A stretch of DNA of 64,000 nt from NCBI GenBank assembly GCA_951406725.2, contig OX597830.1:74338001-74402000 (forward strand), written 5' to 3'. The notes below the pieces were generated by a model, which worked only from the letters and a program-made list of their open reading frames with translations, had not been told where the DNA came from and searched no databases. The position numbers and the translations under genes are program-made. Shown here piece after piece: positions 41,782 to 57,592 of this stretch (positions within the stretch are counted from its first letter, which is position 1; each line of letters begins with the position of its first letter). The DNA is from Octopus vulgaris. Lineage: Eukaryota.

Positions 41782-42030
41782 AAGGCGCATATCTGGTAGA
41801 TTTGCCAACTTGTTGGACAAGATGCTTACGGCAGTTCCACAGTCCTTCCGGTCTGAGTTCAAATTTCACGAAGGTCGATTGCCTTTTAACATTTTGAGAT
41901 CGATGAGAATAAGTACCAGTTATATATATATATATATAGTTAAAAACTTTCGAACCCTGACCGTCATTCATTTTCTTAGCAACACCATGCCCTCAAATTC
42001 AGTTTTTGTCCCAAAATAATAAAACCATTA
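41782..42030 (+). mobile_element. SINE family A, decayed
   Basis: TCTGAGTTCAAATTTCACGAAGGTCGATTGCCTTT...AAGTACCAGTT. Confidence 0.6.
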
Positions 42031-42239
42031 ACACAACGATGAAAAAAGAAATATTGAACATAATGTATTTAGTGAAAGAATTACCTCTGCTTACTATAAA
42101 TAGGTAAGAGACGGTTCAAATTCATTACTTGTCTATGAAAAAACTTCGGAACCACAATGATAGATATCAGGATATTACAACCAAAAATAAGATTTTAACA
42201 CAGAAGTAAACCTACAAAGATCTCGATAAATATTTGTGA

Positions 42240-42338
<99 letters not shown>

Positions 42339-42679
42339 TCTGTGTGTATACACGCATATGTATAATGTAATGTATGTATATGTATATATGAGTGTGTGTA
42401 TTTTTACTCTTATATATGGATATACTGATGTGTGTATATATTTATGAAATTATATGATGTATATTTAGATCTTCATATACAATATACACATCAATTTATC
42501 CCTATATCCATCCATTTATTAAGTCGCTCATACATATATACATACTTATATAATACATACATAACCACGTAAGTTCTGTAGCATACTAGTATACGAGAAT
42601 TAAACTTTTCATATTTCATTTCTAGTCTAGACAAAATATTATGTGGAGTAATACATACACACACACACACAGACACACA

Positions 42680-42751
<72 letters not shown>

Positions 42752-43096
42752 CACTAACACAAACGCACCTAGCGCGCGCACACACGTATTTTGAGTTATA
42801 TATTGTATAAGGAGATATACATATATATACAGTTTAAGTATGAATGCATATAGGGTGTGTATTTAAATATATATATATGCATGTATGTATGTATGCGTAT
42901 ACATGTATATATATGTATATGTATATATATATACATATATATACAGAGAGAGGGAGAGATAGAGAGAGAGAGAGAGAGATAGTAACACAGATAGATACAT
43001 ATAGATATAGACATATTTGAGTTAAAAAAGATGAAATTATAAAAAGAAAACAGAAAGCGACAAGAGACATTGAACGAATATATAAACAATAATAAA

Positions 43097-43133
<37 letters not shown>

Positions 43134-43878
43134 ATTATATATATATATATGTATATGTCTATATATTTATACATAATTTTATATGTTTATATATGTGTGC
43201 ATGTGTATATTTGTATGTATGTGTGTATTTATATATGTATGTATACTTAAATAAAATCAAAATAAACGGAAAATTATTAAACATGAATAGAAAAAAAAAT
43301 CAACACTGCACACCTAAATAATAATCTTTAATTGTTTTTTATTTAGCGTGACAACCAGAAAATATAAATGAATGGAAAGAGAAAAATATTAAAAAAAAAG
43401 AATCGAATGGAATATATATATATGTGTGTGTGTGTGAGTGTATATATATATATGGGGTGGGTGTATATATTTATGTGTCTGTTGTTGTGTACGTGTGTGT
43501 GTATACACACACACACAAACACGTGGAAATACCAAAGGACAATATTTAAAAAAAATATCGTGTTATAACTTTTGATATTAACACCAATTTACAGCAATAC
43601 ATGAGTGAGTTTAAGTTTAATCGGATATGAAAAAGAAATTGGTCCGTTCATTTATTAAGACAACCATTAGAAATTTGTAAGATTTTTGTTGCTCAAACAT
43701 TAAGCTTTTACGAAATTGAAAACAAAAAGCTATAGTAGATATAAAATGGATATACATATTTAGATAAATACATACATACATACAGATACACACATGTATC
43801 AATATATGTATATATATACATATACATATATACATACACAGAATTATAAATATATATATAAATGTATATGTATATATA

Positions 43879-43914
<36 letters not shown>

Positions 43915-44013
43915 TAAATGTATATATATATATGCAAGCCGGCCTATATGTGTGTGTACACAAACACACACACACACTATATATATATATGTGTATATAT
44001 ATATGTATATGTA

Positions 44014-44124
<111 letters not shown>

Positions 44125-44532
44125 GTATGTATATATTGAAAATGTAATTTCACTTGTTCAAAACTAGTCGGCAAGAAATCAATGAATAGTGAACAGTCAG
44201 CCGCGCGCGCATAAAAAGAAAACATACATACACAAATTCACATGCGTGTGCGCTTGCACGCATGTACATATACGAAAGTATATAAATGCATGCCTCAATG
44301 CATATGTACGGATCTTGAAGTACTAAATACAAGTGGTAGCATTCATTCTTTTGATTCATTTCTCTGCTCCTGTTATATCCCCACCGGTTTGTAATACTTT
44401 CTCAACTCTCCCTAATGTATATATATATGTGTGTATACTTGCTCACATATATGTATGTACGAGTGCATGTTTGTATGTGCATATATATATATACATACGT
44501 ATGTATGTATATATGTATATATGTTACAATTA

Positions 44533-44708
44533 TTCTTTTATTTGTTTCAGTCCCCAGACTGCGGCCATGCTGGAGCACTACCTTTAATTGAGCAAATCGA
44601 CCCCAGCACTTATTCTTTGTAAGCCTAGTACTTATTCTATCGTTCTCTTTTGCCGAACTGCTAAGATACGGGAACACCAGCATCAAACGTAAACACACCA
44701 GCATCGGT
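44533..44708 (-). mobile_element. SINE family B, 3' half
   Basis: TTGTTTCAGTC...GACTGCGGCCATGCTGGAGCAC...TTGCCGAACTGCTAAG. Confidence 0.8.
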
Positions 44709-44794
44709 GTGTGTGTGAGTGTGTGTTTGTGTGTGTACGTATTATATATGTGTAAATTTACATATATATGTTTTACACACACACATACACACAC

Positions 44795-44831
<37 letters not shown>

Positions 44832-45099
44832 AATATATATATACATATACATACATAATAACATACACATACACGTATGTATATGTATACGTTATTATAT
44901 GCATATATATTTGTGTGAGTGTATATATATATATATGTGTGTGTTTGTGTGTGTGTGTTTGTATATATCTGTGTGTGTTCGTGTGTGTCTGTGTTTGTCT
45001 GTATAATAGAAGAAAATGAAAAATAGAATGGGAATGGAGAAATATTCATGGGAATCCTCTCATTTGCACACAGGCCAGATGTACGATAGTCTATACAAT

Positions 45100-45480
45100 T
45101 TTGGAGTTGGGCAGAACGTAAACATCTAGAATGGAAGAAAATTAGCCAGTAGAAGGAACATCACGATAGAAGTAAAATGCCAGTGAGAAGAATGTCAAAT
45201 AGTGAGAGAGAGAAAGAATGATTGAATGAGCTGAAAAAACTTGTATAGCGAATATCACTGAGGAGGTGAACGAACAAGCATAACATATGAACGACTATCT
45301 ACTGAGACTGAAACCTATGGGCAAAAACAATGTAGTAGTCGAAACAAAACAAAGAAGGCAGCCGGGACTAACGGCTTACGTAATAAAGGAAGATGACAGG
45401 ATTGTAGAAATAGTTCTTCAATGAAATTTTTTCAAATGGAAAATCCGAATGAGAGCGAAGAAATCGTCAAATGGTCAGGA
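45100..45480 (+). mobile_element. Heavily decayed RTE-like LINE 3' remnant
   Basis: Purine-rich tract with remnants RISLR, VVETKQRR, DDRIVEIVLQ; weak similarity only. Confidence 0.35.
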
Positions 45481-45780
45481 CTATAAGAATTATGAGACAA
45501 TGCTGCTTCGTTGTTTCAAGTTATCTCTATGGATGGGTATAATGCTGATTATTTTTATTGGTCCTATTAAAATAAAATGCAGAGCCGAACATGAAGTCCC
45601 AGTGTTGGAATTCTTACCAGACATTGCGTGAAATTCTATGCGATGCTCGAGCGTATGTGTGAATTCAACTTCAAAATTTAGTGGATGTGGTTAAATGTTC
45701 TTTTCTTTACGAAACCTACATTCCATGAATAGTTTAGGGAGCACAACAATTCTCAATTTCCGACGACACCTGTTATATGT

Positions 45781-45818
<38 letters not shown>

Positions 45819-45839
45819 TTCTGTATGTGTGTGGGTACT

Positions 45840-46075
45840 ACTTATACCCGGGTACCTTTTTGCAGGTTCATTGGATTATTGAGCCCATTGCTGTCTGACA
45901 AACATTGTACAAACTGCATTGCTAACATCACCTTTTATACCAAGCAATGTGGACTGGAGCAATGTGAGATGAGGTGTTATGCTCAAGGACATAACACGTC
46001 ACCTGTACAGTAATCGAAACCTCAGTCTTACGATTACAAGCTCAGTACCCTAACGATTAAGCCACGCGCCTGCAC
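45840..46075 (-). mobile_element. SINE family C
   Basis: GTGGACTGGAGCAATGTGAGATGAGGTGTTATGCTCAAGGACA...AATCGAAAC...TAAGCCACGCGCCT. Confidence 0.7.
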
Positions 46076-47139
46076 TATGAAAATGGTGACAATAACAGCA
46101 ATAACTAATCTGTCCTATACCACTTGGAATTTCTCTTGAGCTACAGCCGTTTCGTAACGACATACGGTCAATCGAGCTCTGCATAGGGAAATTCATTTGC
46201 TTGTAGAAGTACAATCAAACGCTGGATTCTCTCCGAACTCAATGAAAACATCGACAAGGAGACAAAAGTTACAACAGTGTCAACATCATTTCTCAGTAAA
46301 AGCAATGAGAATAACGAATGTTAGTATTAGAAGCTATCAGTTTGTATCTTATTCAGTCTAGAGATCATCCAACACGTTCTATTTTTTGTGTTGCTGTTTG
46401 GCGCAAAGATGTGCTTAGAATTAACTAATCTGTTACATTTGTAGGCGTTCCACTCATGACCAAGCTGGCCATAATTTTCTCCGGATTTAGCCATGCTATC
46501 CATTTTAATTTTAACAAAATATTTTAACAGTTTGACGGAAATTTGTCAGCTAGAGTCATCGAAGATCAAGGAACTTCATATAGGCAGCCTCACTGCCTCA
46601 TCCTTATCGCAGAAGAGTATTGATAGCGGCTATTAACATAACCAAAAGGGGAAAGGAAAACCTTGATATTATAAGAAAAGAAAAAAAAGAGAAAAAGAAA
46701 GAGGGGGCATGCTGCAAATGAAAGAAAAACAGTCAAGAATATTTGCAAAAAAGCAACGCTATTGAAATTTATCAAAAGCAAAAATAGAATTTCAAATAAT
46801 GCTACAAAGTGTTTTGAAAAACTTTATGGATAAAATTTATGCAAAAAACATGGGCACCCACAAACACACACATGCACAGACACATTCACAAGCAGACACT
46901 GAAAGGTGGATAGATAGATAGATGTAGAAAAATATGTCATCCATCTAAATTGTGAAAAACGTATTTATACATGCATGAAAATGAAACATTAATATTAGCA
47001 GTTTGTATAACAGGTTGCATGAAACTTCGCAAAAAATATGCATACGAGCATATACGTCCATACTGCAAATAAAAGTATGTGCAACGAGCAAATGTGAGCA
47101 TACATATAAATACATGCATATATCCATATATATATATAT

Positions 47140-47230
<91 letters not shown>

Positions 47231-47773
47231 CACAAAGATACATTTAGATATGCATATATATGGATAGGCATGTATGCAATATCCAACAATGCACACTCAC
47301 ATGCATCTATATATATGTGTATATATATATATATATCGATATATATATATACATTTATATCCATACTTATCAATCTCTCTCTCTCTATTTATCTATCTTT
47401 CTGTCTGTCTATCAATCTACCTAAGGTATGTATCTATCTATCCATACATATATATATATATATATATATATAAGTGCATATGTGTGCATGCATATGTATA
47501 AATATATAGCAATCATAAACATAAATGTATACATATATACACTTAAATGTAAAGATATAAAAAGTATGTATGCATGTATATACTTTCATCCATACGTATT
47601 TTGCCTATTTGCATTTTTATAGAAATACACCGGCGTGTAAATATATACCAAGCACCAAATTTGGGTCTCATACATTGAAACGCACATACATTGAAATTCT
47701 TAGTCACGTGATGAAAATTTCTGTCAAAGCAAAAAGAAAGATACATATTCATATATATTTATGACGTATATGC

Positions 47774-47820
<47 letters not shown>

Positions 47821-48120
47821 CAGATATGTGCGTAGATATATATGTGATAGAGGGGCAGATAGACGCGTTACTAGAAGTATTCTTATGAACATACTTGCAT
47901 ATATACAAATATATAAATGCATACATGCATATACATAACCACGAATATTCTATTCTATTCACATAAATTCTTTTCAATCTTGTTATTCACTCTGGAATTC
48001 TGAGTGGAAAGTTTAATGTTGTATTCGTAGGATGCAGAATAAAAAAATATATACAGAAGTGAAATTTTTGCAAAAATATAAAATCTGAAATAAATTTTTT
48101 TCTTTGCACTTTTTAGTTAA

Positions 48121-48660
<540 letters not shown>

Positions 48661-49731
48661 TTGTTATTTCAGCTACTCCCACTGTTATGATAGTTATCAT
48701 CATTAATTTTTTTTACAAAAATGAAATTGTTTATTTTTAATATTTTCACTAAGAGTATAATGATCACCACGGTCATCATCATCATCATCATCATTGTCTT
48801 CATCAGCATCTTCACTATTATCATGTCTACTCTGCTTTTGCTCTGTTCATGTTCAGTGTTTTTGTTGTTGTTGTTGTTTTTGTTGTGTATCGTTGTCATC
48901 ATAACTGTAGATTTTAGTTTTGATGAAGGAAAAGTTTATGTGGTCGGTGATATCTTCGTGATATTTCCAGTCTGACATTCCATACCATTTTCATACAATT
49001 CCATAACATTCCATTTTTCCATTCCATTCATTCAACTGCTCATTCCTTGTTGCCTAGCAAAGCAGAGAATATCTTAAGATAGGCAGGTTTCAAAAAGAAA
49101 ACTACAAAAAAAAAATAACTAAAATATTTTTTTAAAATATTATACCCAGCTACAGTGGGTCAGGTCATATTTATTTTAAACTTTTTAGCATTTCCTTTTT
49201 AAAATTATTTTACCTATTTTTTTATTTAAATATTTTCTTGATATTATATATATATATACATCTATATATATGCTTATATGTATGAATGTATATATATATT
49301 TATATATATACATATATATGCATGTATATATATATACACATATACACTCATATTTATATACATATATATATATACATATATGCATATATCTACATATATA
49401 CGTTTATATATATATAAATATATATATATACATATATATATACATACATATATGCATACATATATACATTAATATATATATACAAATGCGCGCACCCGCA
49501 CACACACACATACACACACACACACACATATATATATGTGTGTGTGTGTGTGCGCGCGCGCCTTCAAATATTCCTACATTTGGCGCGTGAAGGAATTTGG
49601 AGACAAACATTGTTGAACAGTACCAATGCAATATTGAATCCCTGTTGGTCCCAGCATTGAAGTGCAAGTGAGAATATAGAAAAACTAGTTTTTTACGTAC
49701 TTTTGTTTTTGTTAATATCGTTATTGTCATT

Positions 49732-50269
49732 GAGGGAGAGAGCAGTGCATGCCATCAAATTGACACTGGGGTACAAATATACGAGTCTCAGTACAGACAT
49801 TATGACTATCCGTCTGATAAGGGCACACTAGTTACATGCATCGCAACCATATATGCGTGACATGGTAGCCTTGTATCAAGATAAACAGCGCATGGCCTTG
49901 TAGGTGGAGCTCTGTTAGAATTTTCTTAAGGTTGAGTAGCCGATCCTGCTCAGGTCTCTGAACGAGGGTTTTTTTATATATGGTGAACAAAACACTAATT
50001 CTTTTTTCCATGTGTGAATTAGTTAAACCCAAATAATTCTCTTCGACACATGCCTATGAAACTCCTCCTCTAACTTTGGTCTTGACCTGAGATGAACATT
50101 ACATCAGTCACTAAAGGACATTCTCAACTGGTTAAGTTCAAGCTACGGACAAGCAAATCTCTGGTATAGGAAAAAGTATTTGCTGTACTGCATCTTTTTA
50201 TACCAACACAAAATATGTACATGATAACACTTCCAATGAAAGTCACTGCCATGGTATCGCATCAGGGCA
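49732..50269. mobile_element. Same element, more diverged copy
   Basis: Same termini (GAGGGAGAGAGCAGTGCATGCCATC / GCATCAGGGCATTTATTATT) and internal colinearity. Confidence 0.85.
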
Positions 50270-51568
50270 TTTATTATTATTGTTGTTATGAGTTGTAGCA
50301 TCAACAGCATCTTCATACTTATCGCCATCATCATCGTTGTCGTCGTCGTCGTCGTCATCATCATCATCATCATCATTGTCATCAGTTCGGTATAGAGTTT
50401 AATTCGATTAATTTTAAAATAACGGACTGTATATTCGTTTTTTGTCATTGAATTTTCTTTTATAATCTTTAGGATCAGAAAGAACACATGGGTGTTGATC
50501 CTTCATAGTTCTAGCAAGTTCGCTGCGGAGATGAGAGGGAGGTATTTTCAAACTTGAGATGTGTCCTTAAAGTTTACAACAGAATGGCACTAGGTCGAGG
50601 TGCTAAGTCAGGTGCATGATTAGACTACGGCAGAATTTGAAATCCGAACACAGAGAGATCGAAACAACATTATGAAGCGTCCGTCTCAACGTTAAGACAT
50701 TTCACTCATTCTCAAACCTGAAATGATACTTTAATCAGTCCCAATACAAAAGGCAAATTTCATTATTGGTTTGCTTCCACTGTAAATATTTTCTTGTAAT
50801 TCGTATTTACTGATCCATAATATTTTTTGCAAAACTAACGCTGAAAATACAGAACATATGTATGTTGCTGTGTGCTCACAGCTCAGTGTTCATCCTGCAG
50901 TCATATAGCAAGAAGGTAGATTATAAACGGTCTAATTAATATGTCTTTCTTCTTCATTTGACTGTGTTAAAGATCAATGCAAACAATGATAAGTCCTTCT
51001 GGAGCAGAGTAGCAAGCTAGACACATTGAAACTTTCCCAAAGTTCAGTATATTCTTGTATACGCACAGATTCTGGCGCAGTTAAAGCGGAGATGGTGGAT
51101 ATGGTGGATGCAAAACAAACCTTTATGTTATTGCTGGACATACAAAGAAAACTGCCATGTCATCTTCAGTTAATACCCGCTATTTTCAAGATGGTTAAAT
51201 ATACAACATAACGATGTAGTGAATACAGTATGCATGTACATGCGTATTGTTATTCTTATGGTTTAGTTATATGCCTGTGTGCGCATCAGTAGCATGAGAA
51301 GGGGAGATAATTTGCACGTGGAGTCTTTACACTTTACTAATATGTAGTTAACTGACTTGAAGTCACAAAGTAGAAAGTGAAATCTCTAAACCCATTAGAG
51401 GTGAAACATTTGCTTATGTTTATGCTTCATGTCAAACTTGAATGTCGCTGGTGAATAAATAAATAAATAAATAAATAAATAGAAATACCTGCAATTGATT
51501 CTTTATATCTCCAATCGTCAAAGACTTTGTTCTTGGATATGTTGATGCTTCCACATCAGAGAACTAAA

Positions 51569-51733
51569 AGGCGCAGGCGTGGCTATATGGTAAGAAGCTT
51601 GCTTCCCAACTACAAAGTTCCGGATTGAGTCCCACTGCGTGGCATCTCGGGCAAGTGTCTTCTATTCTAACCTCGGCCCGCCCAAAGTCTTGTGAGTGGA
51701 TTTGGTAGACGGAAACTGAAAAGAAGCCCGTCG

Positions 51734-51792
<59 letters not shown>

Positions 51793-52008
51793 CGTAAGTA
51801 TGTATATATTTGTGTGTCTGTGTTTACCCCACCACTATCGATAGAGAAGCAATTTTGGTGTGTTTACATCCCCGTAACTTAGCGGTTCGGCAAAACAGAG
51901 CGATAGAATAAGTATTAGGCTTACAAAAATAAGTCCTGGGGTCAATTTTCTCGACTAAAGGCGCTGTTCCAGCATGGCCGCAATCAAATGACTGAAACAA
52001 GTAAAAGA
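51569..52008 (+). mobile_element. SINE family B, full-length
   Basis: AGGCGCAGGCGTGGCT head to ACTGAAACAAGTAAAAG tail. Confidence 0.9.
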
Positions 52009-52984
52009 AAAGCTGCAGTATTAAATTAACCAATTACAAAGAGATATCACGGTGGTATATGAAGCTAGTACCCGGCCTACAATTCGTAGTTATGTATTGC
52101 CTCAAAATGTTAATCGCCCATGCAATGAACAGTGAATCCCATGTCCTATAATATAACAACTCTTTTGAACCAATGTTGTGATTTAGGACCCTTAGACGGC
52201 ATGGAAACCGAATGGTCGGCCCCATGAGTTCTAGCCCCGACACAGTAATTCAAAATCCTGATGACACGACAACGATGACAATGACGATGACAACTACGAA
52301 GATGATTATGATAGTACCATAGTGTTTTGTCTTTTTAAATGCCTTAAGTGTCAGTGTAATTCGTAAACTGTGTTTCTCCCAACTCTGATTCTTTTACTTG
52401 AATCCTGCATTAATATCATTTTCAAATATCTCTTCACATGAAGAAGAAAACTCTGAAATAACCCAAGCTATATGTTAGCACAAAGAGCAAATGGTAACTA
52501 TCAATTTTCGACATTTATTTGACAACTACTAACTTTAGCTCTTCTTGCCAGCGAGGACCAGCGAGAAAAGTATTGGTGATAGAAAATTTCAAAAAATAGC
52601 AAAGCTTTAGGAAAAAAGTAATACATTTTGCAAGCAGCCTAATTAGGCACAACTTCACATTTGTATACATATCTAGCGAGTTAAAGTTAAATAACTATAA
52701 ATGCATTCGTGATTGGTAGCAACACGTTCATCCTACAAAAACTGTGATTGTATAAAAATTTCTTATTTCTATTCTGGAAAGTGACTCTAATTATTATATC
52801 GTGAAGTCATTTTAAAAAACTGTTCTAGTAACTGAGACTTAGTTCAATCCGAAATGTTCTTTTCGGAAAACCAGAAAGAAGAAAGTTTTGAAAATAATCT
52901 TTAATGCCACATTCATGGCAGAGAAAGGGTGGAAAGAAAGACAAATTAATGCAATACACTATCATATTATTTTAAAAGACAAAA

Positions 52985-53240
52985 ATGCTTTTGTGGAGTC
53001 CAGGATCTCACAAACCGATTACCCGGTTTTCAAAATTTCAAGCAAGTCGAGATTCCAACATGTATCTTAAAGAAATATCAGTCCGTCTCAAGGGTTCTCA
53101 TTTACAGCTGAGAATGGCGTTCAGCAACGTGAAATGTGTTCTGCTCAGGAACACAACGCACCCTCTTGTCTTTTAACCGATATCACGATCGCATGATCGT
53201 GAATGAAACATCCTAACTATAAGGCATCAAACCTTCGCGC
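52985..53240 (-). mobile_element. SINE family C, decayed
   Basis: CAGCTGAG...AGCAACGTGAAATGTGTTCTGCTCAGGAACACAACGCA. Confidence 0.6.
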
Positions 53241-53886
53241 GTACTATCAAGTAATGCCTGAACCCAAGGCTTATCTCATAAAATACACCCAAAACTAAAA
53301 CCCTCCAAGATTTTTAATCACACTGATTCTCAGTTAGGGCCACATTATTCAACGTATATCTCTGGTTTCAGGACGGTGGAATAATATTGGATAGTTGACT
53401 TTAATTTCAAGTAGGCTGATAAGCTTGGTAAGGGTCTTATTCAGTATATATATAGTAGCGGTAGACAAGTCATAGAGTAGGCGCGGATTTCAGAGTACAT
53501 TCAATGAACATGAAATGGGGAAAGTTATATTTAAGTTAAGGTTAAAGTATAAATTCGCGTGATTCTGTTGGAATAAAAAATAAATGTATGAAAATGTTCA
53601 AAAATAAAATAGAAAATTAATTCTTCTTTTTATGGAGGATTAGACAAAGAACAAAAGTAGTTTAAATAATAAAGGGGAGAATACAATCAAAACCTGAATC
53701 CTAAAATAACTTTTAAATGTTTAATGATTTAAAGAAATAAAGATACACTCGGAATAATCTAATATAAAATATCTTTCATATCAGATTATACGATATTTCT
53801 CTTATTCAATATACATACATAGTCACACAGACATATATACACTTATATACGTATATGTATAAATTTAAATATAGTTACATATATAC

Positions 53887-53936
<50 letters not shown>

Positions 53937-54747
53937 ATTTTTAGTGAAAGATAACCCTTAAACTGTAAATCTTAATATCGACTGATAACAGTACCTTACA
54001 ATAAATTAAATATTTCTTCGCCGATATTTCCGAAATGAAACTGTTTTATCTGTATTTCCTTCATTTAAATATGTTCTGTTTTTTTTTGTATTGCTGTTTT
54101 ATTTTATTCTATTTTATCAATATAAATATATTTTATTCTATTTTATTACATTTCTTTCGTTGCGTTTCAATTAAAGATAGAAAATATCCGCCAGCCCGCC
54201 TGCCTTCGCTCGTATATCCGTGTGTGTGTGTGTGTGCGTGTGTGTGTCTGGCTGAAATAGGTAAGGTACAAATGAGTTTAAACAAAATAAATATTATATA
54301 TAACATAATATATAGGAGAAAAAAATAATATGAATGAAGGAAGGAAGGAAGGAAGAAAAGAAGTAAGGAATGGAAGGAATTACTGTTTGTCTGTCTGACT
54401 GACTGACTGAAGTTATATATTGGAAAGTCTGCTACAAGAGATGTAATAGAAAGATATAATCAACGCAAAGGAAAAAAATTCCCAAAATGGCGAACCGAAA
54501 ATAAATAAAGAAATACAGAAATGAAATAAAATATTTCAAAAATAATTATAATTAATATAGGTGCGTAAAAGATGGAGAGGGGTAATATTATTTTCAGTAA
54601 AAAAAAAAAAAATTCAATGAAAGTAAAGTGTCGGGTAAAAATGACTCAACAAAAAAATTATAAGAAAATACGAAAGAAAATGATGTTGAAAAAAAAACCA
54701 AAAACAAAATGGCCACCGTAACACACATACACACAGACACATATACT

Positions 54748-54794
<47 letters not shown>

Positions 54795-55426
54795 ATATGT
54801 GTGTATATATATATGTATATGTGTATATATATATTAAATATAAATGTATATATATATATATATATATATAATTCAATCAGATCAAAGAACGAAACGGATA
54901 GAGAAAGAGCCAAAATGTGAGAGAGATAGAGAGATGTGGGTATGTGCGTAATGGATGTGGCGAAATGATGGTAGTTTGAATTTAGTGTGTAGAATAATTA
55001 TTTTCAGCTTGAGACTGGATAGTCGGATGTTAGTTCTTTCATTATATCTTTCTTTCTTTCATATAATTTTCTCCTTTTATTTATTTTTTTCTTATTTTTC
55101 TGTAATTTTCATGAATTTTGTTTTTCACATTTTGTTTTTTAATTCTTTTTTTTTTAGTTTGATTTTTCAGATGTTGACCAAGAAGGTCGATGGGTTATCG
55201 AATAAGAGGTGAAAGGTCATCTGAACAAATGAGACGAATTTGATGAAAAACCAATACTTGAAGGAGTAATACAATAGATATTAAAGCTCGAGATCAGTGA
55301 TGATATATGTTTTATATTTTCTTTTCCAAATTTATTTTTCTTATTTTTATATTTATTCCTCTATTTTTCACTATATTTTTTCTATTTCTTTATAAATTTT
55401 ATTTTTAGATTCGTAATCACACATAC

Positions 55427-55571
<145 letters not shown>

Positions 55572-55737
55572 ATTATCATCAGTATTATCATTATTATTAC
55601 TGATGGTGTATTACGAAAAATAATATAAAAATCATGTTGGCATTATTATTATTAATAATAATAAAGATAATAAATATAATAATAATGAAAAATAATTTTA
55701 CTATTATTGTTGTTGTTTTTCCTATTATTATTGTTAC

Positions 55738-55801
<64 letters not shown>

Positions 55802-56248
55802 ATTAATAATAACATTATCGGCGAAATTCTTATTTGGGTTATTTCATTTCATATCATTTTAAATAACTTCTGATATTTTACCTTACTAATATCTTCTTAC
55901 TTGTATTTTTATTCATGTAATTTTCTTTTATTTTTCAGTGATAGTTTTTAAATTATTTATAGCTTAATCCCTTTCTTAATTATTATATAGTCACACACAC
56001 AGACACACACACATACACACACACACATGTAATACTCACTCGCACACATAAACAAAGATCACATATAAATATGTGAATGCGTGATTGTGTATGTATGTGT
56101 GTATGTGTATGTGTGTATGTGTGTGTGTGTATGTGTGTGTGTATTTATATGAGTGTGCGTTAAATAGTTGTAGACATTTGTAAGCAGAATTTTATTCAAA
56201 CATAAGTTGTATATATTTATACATTACTTTAATAAAATTAAATGTGAG

Positions 56249-56280
<32 letters not shown>

Positions 56281-56419
56281 CATGTATGTATGTATGTTTG
56301 TATGTACGTATATGGATGTGTGTGTATGCATGTATGTATGTATGTATGTATGTGTGCATGTCTATGTTTGTAAGCATGTATATGTTTGTTTGTGTGTACA
56401 TATATATAGATATATATCT

Positions 56420-56472
<53 letters not shown>

Positions 56473-56777
56473 TATTGATATTTAGGAACACACACATATA
56501 TAAACGAATGTATGTGAGCATAAAGTGTGCAGAGATAGGTTTTAAAAATTCAAACTTTGCTTTTCTGCTGTCTAAATTATTTGATCGTACTGCAAATCAT
56601 CTAACATGAACCTCGTGCCTCATATTCTGTTTACATGAGATTATAGTTGCATAGTCAATGCAATGAAAAAAGCCATGTGTATTCTAACTAAACATTTACG
56701 ATACCATATTACACAGTTTTTGACAAATATACGTTTATATATAAGTATATTACTTATATATATATATATATATATAT

Positions 56778-56990
56778 AGTTAATCCAAACAAGAAAACAC
56801 AAAAAAACACAGCGACGCGAGGTCGTGGAACAAATAAAGTATTATTGGACGCTCGGGAAAGAAGGGAAGAATGAGGGTTTAACGTTTCGAGCGGAGCTCT
56901 TCGTCGGAAACAAAGGAGAAGAAAAGATCCCGAGAAGGGAAGACAGAGGAAAAAAATTGCTGGCGGTGCTCACGAGGTCACATGTTGAAC
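56778..56990 (-). mobile_element. Short (TA)n-flanked element with a minimal hammerhead ribozyme motif (Penelope pseudo-LTR-like)
   Basis: Minus strand 56911-56877 reads GTTT-CCGACGA-A-GAGC-TCC-GCTC-GAAAC-GTT-AAAC, followed by a GT/T-rich tail; TA arrays on both sides. Confidence 0.6.
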
Positions 56991-57381
56991 TATATATATA
57001 TATATATAATTGTGCGTCTGTATTTGTGTATATATATGTGCGTGTGTGCGTGTATGTATATACACATGCATGTATATGCAAATACATACATATATTTACG
57101 AGTATATGTGCAAGCATGTATATATGTATGTACGTACGTGAGTGTATACAGACAAACACGCACGCTCACACACACATATCTTTATGTGTGTATATATGTA
57201 TATGTATATGGGTATGTATATATCTATGGCTGTTGTAGGTTTTACATCTTCCATGTTAACATATACTGCAATGGTCGATCTAGGGCAACTGTAGAAATCA
57301 CCTATGCCTGGTAGGAAGTCGAATATTGTTGTACTTCGTATCGTCACTCAATCAAGACTAGTTAGATTTTATATGGAACTT

Positions 57382-57592
57382 AAGGCGGCGAGCAGTCAGA
57401 ATTGTTATCATGCCGAACAAATGCTTCTCGTTATTTCTATCGGCTTTATGTTCTACATTCAAATTCCGCAGTTCGACTTTGCCTTTCAGTCATACGGGGT
57501 TGATAAAATAAATATCAGCTGGGCTTTGGGGTCGACGTATTCGACTAGATCGCTCCACTAAAAATTTCAGACATTGCGCATATAGTAGAAAA
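57382..57592 (+). mobile_element. SINE family A
   Basis: AAGGCGGCGAGC head, TTCAAATTCCGC, GGGGTTGATAAAA, AGTAGAAA tail. Confidence 0.75.

Noticed and set aside
55000-55230. Possible host exons (TTTTCAG acceptors at 55007 and 55170; frame VDQEGRWVIE*)
   Set aside because: Too short, with no recognisable homology or consistent exon chain; needs RNA-seq. The same applies to GTAAG donors at ~10757 and ~54261.
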